Positions 1 to 13,900 of a stretch of DNA of 64,000 bases are shown piece by piece. Within the stretch, counting starts at the first letter, position 1. Each line of letters starts with the position of its first letter. Both the position numbers and the translations under genes were made by a program. The notes under the pieces were generated by a model. That model did no database searches. It was not told the origin of the DNA and saw only the letters and a program-made list of their open reading frames with translations. Origin of the DNA: Marsupella aquatica (taxonomy: Eukaryota > Plantae > Marchantiophyta). Where the stretch lies: NCBI GenBank assembly GCA_973895155.1, contig OZ316896.1:19642754-19706753 (forward strand), read 5' to 3'.

Positions 1-3000
1 CTGGGGAATTTTGTAGACCAATGCACTAAAATGCAACCTCACCACAGACTTGACCTCAGTTAGTTAACCCAGGTCAAGTTTTTGAAAAGTAGTGGAAAGT
101 TTTTGTGCACCAATTTTGGTCGGAAGAAACTTCCCTGTAACTTTGGTCTGCTGGAAACTTTAAAGGCCAGATTGGTTTTGTAGTGTGGCTCCAACACAAC
201 TCGTACACAACTGTGTACAACTCTACTTTAAATTCCCGCAAAGAAATGGTACCAGGTCGGCGACTATACTGACGGGCCGGGTGTGGTGAAGACAGTTTAA
301 GGATATGTTTATTGGGGGCTTGCAAGTTTAGGTGTGAGACCAATGCACTCAAATATTTCCTGTTCTTATCGCCTCCCCTCACCCCAGCTTCCTTTGTATC
401 TAGTCCCTTGACCATTTTCTCCACCCACAACCATTTTCATGGACAATATTTGTACAAGTATGATTGTGCATTTACAACTAACTGAGGCACTAAACTTTTT
501 GGCCTGTGCCTTCCCCCATCAATACAACATCAACCCAAAATTGAGAGCTTCCCAAAACCTTCCCAAAACGTGGTTTATTAGTTTGGGTGAGACACGGAGC
601 ATTGTAAAGCAACATATATGGTGAGATTTAGATTTCATACATTTCATATGCGCAAAATCTGCAAGCTGAAAATCTGTTTGTCAAGTTTGGTCATCTATTA
701 ATGGCTGAAAGATTAAATAAGGAATTGTTCAAGTTGAGTAATCTGAATGAATCTGCTCTTAATGGGCCATCACTCCTGACTTCCCCAGTAATTTTGAGGT
801 GAGAGTTCATGGTTTATCCTTTCCTTGATCAAGGTTTTGAAGATTCCTAATGATTTGCGTTTTTCTTGGAATTCTTCTTTGGGAGTTTTTGATGCTCTGG
901 ACTCTGGAGTTGAAGTTTTGGATCCTTGGGAGAGAGGCTTCTTTGCTACTATATTCTAAGTGACAACAGCCCTTTGTGTTCTCAGTAAAAATTTAAAATA
1001 GTTTGCCAATTGCATTTTTTTACAGGTGAATGTGAGGAACGGTCTTAATGATGGGGAAAACTTGAAATTTGGTTAAAAAAGACTGTCAAACTCCAAGAAA
1101 GCTGCCATGGTCAAGTCGATGGAGATTGATGGGTGAATGACTATCATCTCTGTTGATTGTAACATGGGCAAATTGAATTTTTGACTTATTGAAATTCTCT
1201 TGTAGTAGAGAGGAGGCTTAGTGCAAAAATGGGTGCAAACAAATTAACATAACCATTTCAATTTTGATGAGCTCATTCCGGAAGTGATTATTGCCGTTGA
1301 AATGAGAGGGATCCATCAGACTCAGTTGATAATTGATTGTAATTGAATTTTAATGGGCAAGCAGTGGGGCGACTAGAGCAAATTCAAAGATATTGGTCAA
1401 GAAGGTGAGTGAGCCATCAAAGGATAGCTGCAATCACCCATACACAGAAGTGCAGAGATATTGGGAGCTGCGTTTGGGAATAGAATTTACTTTTTTAAGT
1501 CCAGGGATCTCCAAGGCAAAAGACAAAATGCAAATTTTCTGGTCATGCAATTAGTAAGCATGATGCCCAAGTGGGATTTTAAATTAAAGAAAGCGGGTTG
1601 AAAAGGGAATGCCTGGAGAGAGACACTTCCACCAAAATAGAGCAAGAAAGGGAATGTCTGAAAGAGAGACACCTCCACAGAAATAGAGCACCTTGAGTCA
1701 AATTCATGACACTGCAAAGCCCAAAACCAAATGGTGGAGAGATTATTGCAAATGAATGATTGTCCAACCTCATCCCTTCTGTCAGAAAGAACTCAGTCTT
1801 GGGACTTGATGATCACCTTAGTTGTTGTAGAGCCAAGAGTCACAAGCCAAGAAGTAAGAGCACTATCACTAAATTCTATGTGCTTAAGTGAATGCAATCC
1901 TATTTATGCCAAAACTTCCCTCTTAATAATATTTGCTGTGAGTAAGCTATCTCTCCAGCACAATAGACTCTGTGTGTACCACCCTGCCTCTAACTGAACA
2001 TACTCTTGTGTTGATCAGTGACAGCAGAAGTGGCTAAAATTTTGGTAAGCAAGACAGTGCTGCTGGATAACCAATCTGCCAGTGCTTGTTTCTGATATCT
2101 CTTAATTAAACAAAATAACTAGAGGAAAAGGAGCATTGGAGAGCAACATGGCAGGACAGTTACTTTGGGCTTGACACATTGGGGCTGCTTGATTAATTGT
2201 TCAGATTATTGCTTGGATCGTGATAGAAAAGAAGCCGCCTCGATCTACCATGCTTTGACCTACCTCCTTGTCATGAACTCCATTGCTCAACCTGACATTT
2301 GAGCTTTGGTTCAAGACGCATCTCTGGCTCTCACCTGTCCTCTCTCATTGTCATCAGCTGCATTCGAGCTCAAACTTGAGCCATGTTCCTGTCTCTCAGC
2401 TTGTTGTTTGTCATTGCAATCAGCTCCACTGCCCAGCTTGACCATTTGACCTATGCTTCAAGCTTTGACTCTGCCTCTCGCCTTGACAATTCTTTTGGTT
2501 GAATTTCCTAGCTAAATTTCTGATATAGAGACAAGGATGGTAGCTTGGAATTTCTACAACTTGCCCCTTGCCTTGTCAGTTCTGTGTGTTGATTTGCTAG
2601 CTGAACATTTGATCCAGATAACAAGACAAAACACAACTTCCATGCCATTTGACCAGCTTGACAAAAATAACATCAACGTAGCATTTTTGATATAGATGCA
2701 ATTTTGATTATTCAAAGAATCATGTCACAGCAAATGCATGATTTGTTGGATCGTATGTGTAAATCATCTTGACTTGCAATACAAACTCTTCCTTGTATGC
2801 AGATTTCATACATGAATTACTTTTAAACTTGATAGCACCATAAAAAAACATTAATGGCATGAAAGACATAGCAACTTACCAGCATTGCAAACCCTAGGCT
2901 AGCGGGTCCACTAATTGATTTTACTAGTTTAAGTAAAAGTCAAGGAGAATCTTCATGAAGAGGTGACCCAAATATTGATGAGGCATTCTTCTCCAAGAAT

Positions 3001-4245
3001 GCACACTTGATAAAAGGAAAAACAAATGGACTTAAGTATCAAACCAATTGTTTACAAAAAGTATGCAATCAAGGCAAAACTCTGAAAATTCAAATCAATT
3101 GAGATATACATGAGAGCCAACAATTTAGCGTTGTCTGAGTTTTTCTAAAAGCCACAATGGGTTATCCAAATAAAAATAAACACAGTTTTCAGGTAACTGG
3201 TATATTTTTGGCAGTCCTGACAAAAAGTATACTGCCTCAAAGATTTTGTCAGGACCTTGATATCAAACATAAATAGTGAATTTATAGAACTATAAATATG
3301 AGCTAGACAAGTTTAGGTTTTCTGGCCAAGTCTTTTTGGTTTTGTTTAGAGCTCAAATAGGTCACTTTGGGATGAATTTTGAGGCACAACGTGGATATAG
3401 CATGTCACTTTTAGATTCCCTAAAAATTCAGTAAAAGTTATGTTTTCAATTAGCCAGTTTCTCACCTTGCCACATACCCCATTAGCCAGAGCATAACAAT
3501 CATCCTTAAATCTAAGGCTGTCTGATGGCCAAAAACAAATCTAAGAAAATTAGGACAAGAATAATCCTGGTACCTGTCAGGACTTTGCCACAGTACACAC
3601 TGGCATTTCCTTCTATAAGTCATGGGAATCGAATTGAATGCTGTCTGTTGTGCAGGCGGTCGCTGCCAGTAGCCAGTCGGTGCAAGTTAGCTGCGCGCAG
3701 AATGAAGTTAAATATGTCAAACGCGCCAATGTTAACATCCAGCAGACCATGTCCTAATGGTGGACGGCGAGAGTGTGGCAAGAGAGGTTATGGGGTCCAA
3801 ATCTCGCCTGCGCTGTTTCCCTTTTAAACACACATCCGCCCAAAAGTGGGGTCCAGAGGTCTCTAGTTACATTAGTATTTTATTATTATTATTCCACCCC
3901 AGAGTTAACACACGTACTCCCCCAAAAATGGGGTTCACTAGCACCAAGTGACACTTAGAATTTTCTCTTTCAAGGAGAGGGAACTGATTGTAGCAGTTTC
4001 CAGTCAATGTTCACTTAGCATTAATTGCAAAACAAGTGACTCCTAGAAGTGAGTACTGGCCAAAACTAAAACTAAAATACTTTAAGAAAACATCCTTTAA
4101 AATAAAGCTATGTCTATTGTCCTTGACATCAAATGATAGGGTGTGTCAAAGCACATCTGTAACTCAGTTATGGCTCAGAGCATAAATCGTTGTTACTATC
4201 ATGACAAAATCAATATGGAATACCAAAATATGTACCCCTATAACG

Positions 4246-4579
4246 TGTTAAGGATTGCTCTTAGTCTTGTGACTCAAAGGTTACGGTATTTAGGCTAACC
4301 ACAGTTAGGGTCTTAGCTGAGGTTAGGTTAGTCGTGTGTGACCTTGTATATACCAAGGCTAGTGTAAGCCGCTGGTGTGGTGTGCTTACTCATTTTGTAA
4401 CGGAGAAACTTGAGGAAGAGGGAGAGAATGTGTGTTCGTCTACTCTTAAAGTAAAACTTGAGTGTTCGTGTGGACGTAGCCTTGGAGAAGAGGTGAACCA
4501 CGTAGAGATTGTGTCGATTACATGTGCATGGAATGAGTCATGGTTGTATGGTCGTTGCGAATAACGTCTTAATTCAACA
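4246..4579. mobile_element. Solo LTR (334 bp), probably Ty1/copia type
   Basis: Begins TGTTAAG and ends TTCAACA (TG...CA with short terminal inverted repeat). Flanked by a perfect 5-bp TSD TAACG (4241-4245 and 4580-4584). Internal TATA-like tatata and a GTGGACGTAG...GAACCACGT motif common in copia LTRs. Confidence 0.85.
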
Positions 4580-4970
4580 TAACGATGATACATCCAAAAA
4601 AATTAAGGAATAACACTATGGTTAGGGGAGAACTTTGACACGCCCTAATACTAATACTCCGGGTAACCAGGAGCTGAAATGCCGTGACCTGTGGTTTAGG
4701 AAACCAAGGGAGTTCAACTCAACGCGTGATCCATGTAGGGTTCCAGACGATCGGACGCCTCGAGGCGCCAGAGATCGGCGGTCGGCAGCACTTCTAGGTT
4801 TCCCAAGAGTGTCGAGAGTGCTGTCTTCCAAACCTCTCTCCGTCAATCGACCTTCTCTTCATTCCTCGTCTCGTTGGTGCGTGCTGCTGCTGCTGCCTCC
4901 GCTTCTGCTTCTACTTCTGCTACTGCTTCGACTTGCTGCCGTTACTGCCTCTGGTCTACCCACAGCTCGG

Positions 4971-5227
4971 CTGCAATGGGTATGCTGGATTTTCACCTTT
5001 CATCGTTGAGTTCTCGAGCTTTTTTTGAGTCTTTCATGTGCATGTTAGGCGTGTTACGCATGTCAGGCATCCTTTGAACGGGTTAGCTGGATTCTGTCGC
5101 GGGGGGCCTGCAATGGGTATGCTGGATTTTTCGCCTTTCATTGTTGAGTTCTCGAGCCCTTTGTGGGTCGTTCATGTGCTTGTTGGGCATCCTTTGAATG
5201 GGTTAGCTGGATTCTGTTGCGGGGGGC
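4971..5227 (+). repeat. Tandem duplication (about 120-137 bp unit) spanning the RPL35 ATG and first donor site
   Basis: ctgcaATGGgtatgctggattt...gctggattctgtYgcggggggc occurs at 4971-5107 and 5108-5227. More degenerate copies follow to about 5410. Confidence 0.9.
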
Positions 5228-6624
5228 TTTTGGTCTTTAATTTTTGGGGCTTTTGATTGTTGAGTCTTCGAGCTTGTTGTAGTCTTTCGTGATTTGAGAT
5301 TTCTTTTGAACCGGTATGTTGGATTCCTTGTCTGTTTTGTCTTTGATAGTCAATTTCTTAAGTCGCGTCTGGATTTTAGACGTCCGTTGAATGAGCAAGC
5401 TGGATTCGTTTTCTTCTTGCCTTTCATGGTTAATCTCGTGAGTCGCATGCTCAACCCTTTGTAGCTTTCTCTGTAGTCGCCGTGTTGGTCTGATTATATA
5501 GCACGTTTCGGAGTCTTATTTGCGCAATGGAATTGGTTTGGTGGACACTAGTGTAAGATTTCTAGAAATTGTGGTAACTGCCGCGACTTCACTTGAAACT
5601 GGTCTCCAGAACAGCATGGACGTTTGCTTTTTCTGTTGTGGGTTGTCAATTCCTGCGAATTGGCTGCTGATCGGTCTCTGTTTCTCTGGTGTGGTTTCAC
5701 AGCTAAGATCAAAGTTCACGAACTGCGCACCAAGTCGAAGGTTGACCTGCTCAACCAGGTATGCCCTTGCACTTTTGGGTTGACCTAACTCTTTTGAAAA
5801 GTGCCTGCGGTTCGGAGCGGACGTGTGTTGTTTCCTGTCCTTTTCGGTTTCAAGATGGGTTTTTGTAGTTAATGCGGTGGAACAATGCAAATGATTCAAA
5901 TAATTTTGTATGTTGACTGGACTTCTGTGGGTGATATTGATCACAGTTGAAGGAGCTGAAGGCAGAGCTCGCTCTTTTGAGAGTAGCGAAGGTTACCGGC
6001 GGTGCCCCCAACAAGCTGTCGAAGATGTGAGTTCAAGAATTGAGTGGCATTCGGGTTCAGGAGGTCATTGTATGTGGTGTCTGTATGCCTGACTTTATTC
6101 TCCGTGTCTACGTGCATTGCTCACAACTGAGTGGAATTGCTTTGTTTGAATGGATGGTATGCAGCAAGGTCGTTAGGCTCTCGATCGCGCAAGTGCTGAC
6201 GGTCATCTCCCAGACCCAGAAAGCTAATCTTCGCGAGGCCTATAGCAAGAAGAAATTCTTGCCCCTTGACTTGCGTCCCAAGAAGACGCGCGCCATCAGG
6301 AGGCGCCTCACCAAGCACCAGGTATTAAGCCAGTCCGTGTGGTCCATGCATTCTGCGTCTCTGCCCATTTGTATTAGAATGGGCAATTTGTACTCCGTAT
6401 GGGCCATCCTGCCACGAATCTTCCACGCTGTCTGGTCTACAATCCTTTGGTCGTCATGAGCCTTAGATGCGTCTTGCTTGCTCCACTTATTTGATCCTGC
6501 GCACCGGTGTCAGCTGACTTCTGACCGGTTGTTCTCGTTGGGATTGCAGCTGTCGCTCAAGACTGAGAAGCAAAAGAAGAAGGAAGCCTACTTTCCATTG
6601 AGGAAGTATGCCGTCAAGGCTTAG
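4976..6624 (+). CDS. RPL35: 60S ribosomal protein L35 (uL29), 5 coding exons
   Basis: Exons 4976-4979, 5703-5758, 5947-6026, 6165-6321 and 6550-6624, all GT-AG. Translation [60 protein letters not shown]...[20 protein letters not shown]...[11 protein letters not shown]. Confidence 0.97.
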
Positions 6625-7930
6625 GGTTTTTTCTTTGAAATGGGTAGTAGTATCGCTTTTTTCACTGTCCCTTTTGGAGATGTGAATCGGCCTTGCCTCA
6701 CATGGGGCAAGTTGAGAGAAAGCAGAAATGGGAAGGTTATTTTGTATTGTTATAAAAATATCCTCATTCTATTTCTCTCCTTGTGAGCAGGTTAGACATA
6801 ATTTTTCTCAATTTCATTCCCGAAATTTTCACTTGCACCCGGAATGAAATCTTGCCACTGGATAATACAGCGTAGTCTTCAACTGCTATTCTTGCAAGAG
6901 TTTAATTAAGGTTGACCTAATCTTCCACGCATGCGGGATCGCTTTCGATGGTTTTACAATTTGTGCACAATTGTCGATTCATCTTGGTCTGGTCAGGATT
7001 ATGAACGCAGACTAAAACCTAGTGAGACTAAGCTGAATACCATATATCGCTCACCAGCTGCATGTCTATGGATTTCAAGTCTTGATTGATGCTCTCTGCA
7101 ATCGTAGGTTGACTATTGAGGGGTAACAGCTTGTCTTTCCTGGTACCAACTATGTAGGGTTGTTCAATCTTCATCATCTCTTCCCTTCAATTACAATTAT
7201 GGCTCCAAGGTTTTATCGTCCCTCTTCTCCATTAGAACCGATAACTTTCCCCGTGGTCTGGTTGCCAAAACTCGCTGCGGCTTCATCACTGAGGGATGTC
7301 TCCTAGTGGAATGTCGAATGACCGTGTTGTGAATCTTCTCCTATGTTGATAATAATCACAGTCGAATTTAAATGCTGATGTGTGCCCTCCTATTGGATGG
7401 AAAGCCAGAAGGAGACGGACATACGATCGTCTAAGTATCACCCAAATTCATTGTTGACCAAGGCATGGCCTCCAGTAGAAATTCGAGAAACTCCAGTGAA
7501 CTGTATGTTTGGATGGAATGATATGTAATGAATAGGATACTTCTGACATTTTGCGAAATCGCGTTCAACGTAGAGCTGAGCACGTTACACCAAGTGGAGA
7601 GTAGAGTTCATGGCCATTGTCGTGCCAAACACTTGGCAGCGCTTGACAAAAAAACGTTCATGTGTTAATGTCGTTTGAGCTGAAATAGCCCAACATCTCA
7701 CTTGGATCATTTATTCGAGAGTTTCGGCATGATCGGATGTACGAGTACTCGTGTAAGAGACTCGCTGGGCTAATCCTCCCAGAAAAGAAGTTCACTCAGG
7801 ATTGAAAGCAGTAGTCAGTTGGTTGGTAACTAAACTAATATTCCGGAAGTGTCGGAGCTAAGGCGATAGGTGTACTGCAGACTTCGAGCTGACATTCCGT
7901 TGTGAACAAATATTTTCGACTAAGCTTTAG

Positions 7931-10900
7931 TTAATTGGAAGCCTCCGGTGTTCCCCAACCACCTCCACCTGGTGTCAAAATTTGGATCCTTTCTCCTGCC
8001 TCAACACGAATCGAGTTTTTCCCTGCCACCAACAGGGAACATCCGTGAGATTTTGTTTTAACTGTGTTACAAGCCTACACTTGACAAGGTTTGCAATTGA
8101 CTGAAACGCTCTGTGAATGACTTTAAGAAGTATATTTAACACTACAAACATGAGAATGAGTCTAGTGAACATATCTGCCTCTTATAATAATTCTTGGTGT
8201 AATGTGTGATCCTTTGAAAAAACCTACTACATGTAGGTTATGACTAGAAAATGGAAACCATGATCTTCTATATGGTCTTAGCCACTAAGCCCATAACCAG
8301 CATGGTAAAAATGAACACGCTCGCATCTTTCATAAATCTTCTGAAAGGTTTCTTTCCCGGCATCCCTCAGTCTATTAAACATTGAGCTCAACACAAGGGC
8401 AATGCTCGATAGACTAGATTTGTATTCCCCTTACACTGTCAGTAATCAAAGACTCCGTTAAAAACGAAGAAAAACTAGATGACTAAAAATAATTTGGTTC
8501 CAGTGTAGGGTGTGAAGAATATCGAGATTGAAATAAAATATCACTCTTAGCTACCACTTCATTGTATTTTTGTACAATCTTGAATATCAATATTTCACAT
8601 TAGAAGATCGCTCACCCGACCCAATTGATAGCACTATACTGATGGCCTTACATTTTGCCTTTCGTATATAGTTAATATAGAGTGACGGAGAGAGTACAAA
8701 CTCACATTTCAAAAGACAATTTGTGTGTGCTGCAAAGATTATGATGCTGACTAAGATGTGATAGAGATATCAGTTTCCTGAATGGCCCTACCCTTGGTTG
8801 GGAAGAACAACAACAGAAGATTTGGTACACAAGAAAACACACCTCCTAGATATACTCGTCGCCCGTCGGTCTTAAACAAAAGGTTTTGGCCTCTTGCACC
8901 ATCCTGCCCGCCTGACAGGCCTCGGGGTGCATGGACACGCCTTTCAGAAAGAATACTCACCTGCACCCACCAGAAGAAAAATCCGAAGCATGACTGGTTG
9001 GATACAGATTAGGTTAAGCATTGGCCCCATGATTGCGTGCAAAATGCAGACCAATGGAAAGCAATTTTCATTTATAAGGAACTTACTGTAACTGGTCGAC
9101 GGAACTCAATTTCACGAATGATTCCATTGCCACCACTAAACTTTCCAGCTCCACCACTGCCTTCTCTTAGCCCAAAAGAGTGAAGAAGCACCTGCTCCGA
9201 TTGCAATGGTTATTATTCAGCGAGTGGTTGTTCGCACTTTCTCAAAGGATCTTGGTGTTACACTGCTGAAGCCCACTCTCTGAAACTCATTTCCTTGATT
9301 AGAGTCTTCTTATATTTTAGTTCTCTATTGCACATGAAGGAGCAAAACAAATCCGGTATCCAATCAATGACCAATTCAAGAATTCAAAAGAACAAATTGG
9401 AGTATGGCGTGTACCGGATAACGCTGTTCAAATATTTCAGGGTCTGTGATGCGGGTGTTTGTCATGTGGCATTGTATGCCACTAGTGCCATTCCAGGTAG
9501 GCCCAGCACCGCACCCTCCTCCAATTGTCTCATAATATCCAAAACTATTGTCTCCAAAAGTGAGGTTATTCATGCACCTGTAAAGGCAAAGTTGAGACAT
9601 TTGTAAACACGCAAAACGACCCGAATAACAGCCGCCTGGATACACTAAATGAGACCATAAATGTAAACACTACACCAATCTGGCATTGCCAGGCATCAGT
9701 CCATTAATGAGTAGACCATGGACACGCATAAGAATTTGGAAGCTTCGTTTCTGAGACAGACATTAGAAATCTTTTTCTTGCAAACGCACATGACGGCTTT
9801 CATTCTTTGATCAAAGATTCAAATCTGGTCATGAAGAGAAAGGTCACCCTTGAGAGCAAGCACAGGCTTTGAATGCTGTGAGCACAACATCTGTGATACG
9901 CTGGGAGGTTAGAACGTTTCCTCCAACCACAGCCGCTTTGTCACTGGGTGATAAAAGACAGCCTTTGGGGATGCTTATGGTGACGGGGGCAAGACAACCT
10001 TGATTTAATGGTATATCCACATCTACCTGCAGTTATGACATCGAGCAACTTCAGAACCCTTATTATTGAACTTGTAGGTCCCGGAATTCATATACGTGAG
10101 AACAAATCCTTCCTTTCCAATATCTGGGTTGTCAACTATTTCCATAGACGATGAAAGACATATTTCCCATCTGTAATATAATGATGTATGTGGATCCGTG
10201 ATAATTGGCAACATCAAAGTGCGTAAAAGCGCTAATTTCTTACCAGACAGCGCAAACTGTAAATGATTGCGGCAGCCGTGACAGCTTCTGGAGCGTTCCA
10301 ATTCGAATAAACCTACAGTAGTCAATTCAATAAAATAACTTTGAGCAGGTAAAATAAGAAAAAAAGCTAAGTTCAAGCTCTCAGCGAGTCCATGGTCAGG
10401 AGCTACATCGCAGACAACAACCAGACAAGTGTGACTCTATATGCAATTGTGAATTGAAGAGATCTGAAGCCCTTGGGGTGTAAAGAGAACTTCTACAACA
10501 AACTTATCAGCATAGATGTCGGGAGTGCACTCTTTTAGATCTGCCCACTTACCTCTGGACTGGTTCCTTCGAAGTCAAAATGTGCCGATCCTTCCTTCAC
10601 ATTAATTGTAAGTTTTAAATGAATTACGGACCCATCATCCATGTAGTCTTCAGATTCCACAATTACTAGATCTCCTTCTTTTACAGAGGTTGACCGCTTG
10701 ACAGCCAATTCTGCCATTTCTCTTAGCATGTCTCGTACTGCCGCCTCTGCATTTGCCTACGGATGTTTTCGCGGTTTTAGTTCACGAGTCATGAAATTTG
10801 AGATACGCCACTAAATTTAATATCCATAGCTGCAGACCAAAGGTTGACTCAAGACGAGCGCCTTGGAATATCGGCACCAGAATTACCTGAACATGGAGCA

Positions 10901-13900
10901 TGTATGCCTGGACGACGTGAAGACCATACTGATCAATCAGTTCCTGAATGAGCACAATACCTCGTTGATTGGCTGCCACCTGCAGAATCGTACAATACTG
11001 AGAATCTTTTGACATAAACTGTGTAACGCCTGCCCCATCTTACAAGGGTGGTATAAATCTTCAGGAGTAACAATTTCAGCAAGAGAACCCATCAAGATGT
11101 ACTACAAGCCAGTAGCTTCCCAACGCTGTGTTTGGATAGCTCCTAAGTAGTTGTGGGGAGATAGTTATGTGTTTTTCTGTCACATATCATTGGAAAATCA
11201 GGACTGTTAATCACAAAGATCTTGGACAAGAGCATATTTATGAAAAATCAGAGAAAAGTGACAACCTGGGCTCGCAAGTCAGATAGGTTGTCCTCCACCC
11301 TGCGTGTGCCTGGGATTACGCGAGCTTTTCCATCGTTATATTCTCCCTCAGGATCAACAGTTGGTGACTCTAGAATTTTACGAATGCCATCTTCCTGGCA
11401 GCACATCAGTGGATTAAAATGACTGGATCGTGAAACACAAGCTATTCTGACAGAAAAACTAATAAAGGCTGATCAAAACCATCTTCGACACAAATAATTT
11501 TCTGGAAAAAGTTAATTAGAGGTAGAAACGAATTATTCTTTCACTCTAACACCAGAGCGTCGATGAGATAACACACGAATTCAGCCTTCCTCGCCTAGGC
11601 TCAGCAACTTGGTCCCTCGTTGACCTGTTCATCTCTGTAAAATACCTGGAATTCGCCATTGTCCACGAGCTTAAATGCCTTGATTGCTGCTCCTTCTTCC
11701 CAAATAGCTTTCGAGAACGGCGGCATACTGCGTCCATGCATATTCGATGTCACTGAAACGGGTCAACATATCGAAGAGAAAATTTCTTTCCCGTTCAGCT
11801 GACCATGCAGCAAGTTTCTAACGGCGTCTTACGGCCTTTGCCTACAATTGATCTGGTCTGTGAGGGCTCTATCCAATTCTAAGGACAGTTTCAAATAGAT
11901 TTACATCTGATTGTATTTTGCCCTTACTCTCAACCAAGGTCATAAAACTATTCTAAAATTAAGAGCTACAAGTTGTAAACCTACTTCCAGGTTCGGTGCT
12001 ACATTGACAGGATTTCTCTGACGTATTTAGTAATGGTGCACTGGTTCACATCTTAGAAACCAAAAGTACAAGAAGTAGACTTTGTGGACTTCGTGGTATC
12101 TTCTTAGGCTGAGAGAGATTTCTACCTGCCAGGTGTGACACCACCAATTTCTGCATGGTGCCCTCTGCTTGCTACGAAAAATATAAGATTTCCGTCTTTA
12201 AAAACCTGGAGACGCAAAATGATCATCTCTATTAGCAGCTGAATTAGCAGCAGAAAACCAGGTACTTATTTGGCTCATGAGTACAAAGTGAAGTCTCTAA
12301 TTGAAGGCAAGGACAAGACTCAAACCGGAGTGACAACGGTGATGTCCGGCAGATGACTTCCTCCAGAAGCAGGATGGTTTGTGACCAAAACGTCACCCTC
12401 CTTCAGATTTTTGCCCCTGCAAGACACCCGCTCCTGCCCCGATAAATCCACAGTACGGAATCTGCTCTTGTAATGATTAAAGCATATGCGCAAGCATTGT
12501 CGAATGTCAATTCAAGTTCATTGCTCTGATGTTCGGAGTTACCAGTGCTCCCTATAACATGAATAATCCAGCAGTTCCCCCCCGCCCACGAAGCTGTGAC
12601 TTTTGACTGCCTCTTTGCAAGAATTGCTCGAAAATAAATACGGCCATGTAACTTTGCTAAGAGAGTGGTTGCTTGAGCACTTTGAAGCAAAGAAATACAT
12701 ACGGGATGCCAACAAACAGAAAAGACCTTCTGTATGATAATATAATTACATGAATAACATACATCACAGTTTCGATCCGCAGGCAGAAGGACTTGCCAGT
12801 ATTCAAGTTGCCATCGCACAGTGCTTGACATGGCCCCCAAGTGGACTGGTACATGCGGTGCATTTGCTACCAGGCCCCCATTTGGGCTGAATAAAGCACA
12901 GGAAAAATCCAAACGCTCCTGTGTTTAGGAAATGAGCGTGGCATGAGCCTTCATTATGGTGAATACACAAATTAAAAGCAAAATTCATCACAAAATTTGT
13001 CGTCAACAGTGAACAGGAATGAATATAATAATAGACTGGAAGTGCAGAACATTTCACATGTTTACCTTAATATTGGTGGATATGGATGTGCGCTGTAAGG
13101 TACGGCCCATTTGCTCCGCAATCCCCATAAATCTGTTGTTGAAGATGGACAGCTGTATAACATCTATTTTTGTATCGACTGATGGACCAGTATTACTATG
13201 AATCTCAATGCGCACATTGCCATGCTTAGTAATGCTCGCCGTGGAATCAGGCTCCACAATAATCTGAAGTAGAACAGAACACGCGTCGGTTAGGACAACG
13301 ACGAGGACTTTGGAAGACAGGCCCACAAGTCGTAAAAGAAAGTAGTTTCATAGCTGGCACTGACAGTTTCAATACCGTGCTGTTTCCATTCATGATAACA
13401 GCAGGGCCAGGGATCGTATGCCCATATCCTAGCTTCTCAAGCATATATATCTGCACACAAAACATCATTGCTTATGTCACTCAAGCTGATAACTAGACTG
13501 CGAAGTAAAGAGAAATAGATATTCAAAATGACTGAAATAGATCTATGGACTGACAAAAGGGAAACTTCACGGACAATCTTTCAAAGCTTTCGCCTCGGAT
13601 TGAGAGAGTAAGATTAAGAACACGGCAATGAGCCAAGCCAAGGAGAAAAGCATACCGGGACTTTGTGCCATCCAGTTCCAAAATACACCTGGTGTTGAGT
13701 CTCTTCTGCCTTGGGCTCACCCTCAGCCTTCTCTAGGACCACTGACCTGGATTGTGAGGTAAACATTCCATGACAACTTCAGAAAGATTCACTCTATCAA
13801 GTTGGGAAAAAGCGTAAGTCGGACGTGCACAATATGGACATCCCATCCACCGAAAGCAACTTACAAGGCACGCATTCATCAGGTTGCACAACCAACAGTT

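Noticed and set aside
1-4200. Short ORFs and weak duplications in the left intergenic region
   Set aside because: No recognisable domains, termini or TSDs. Probably old TE debris.
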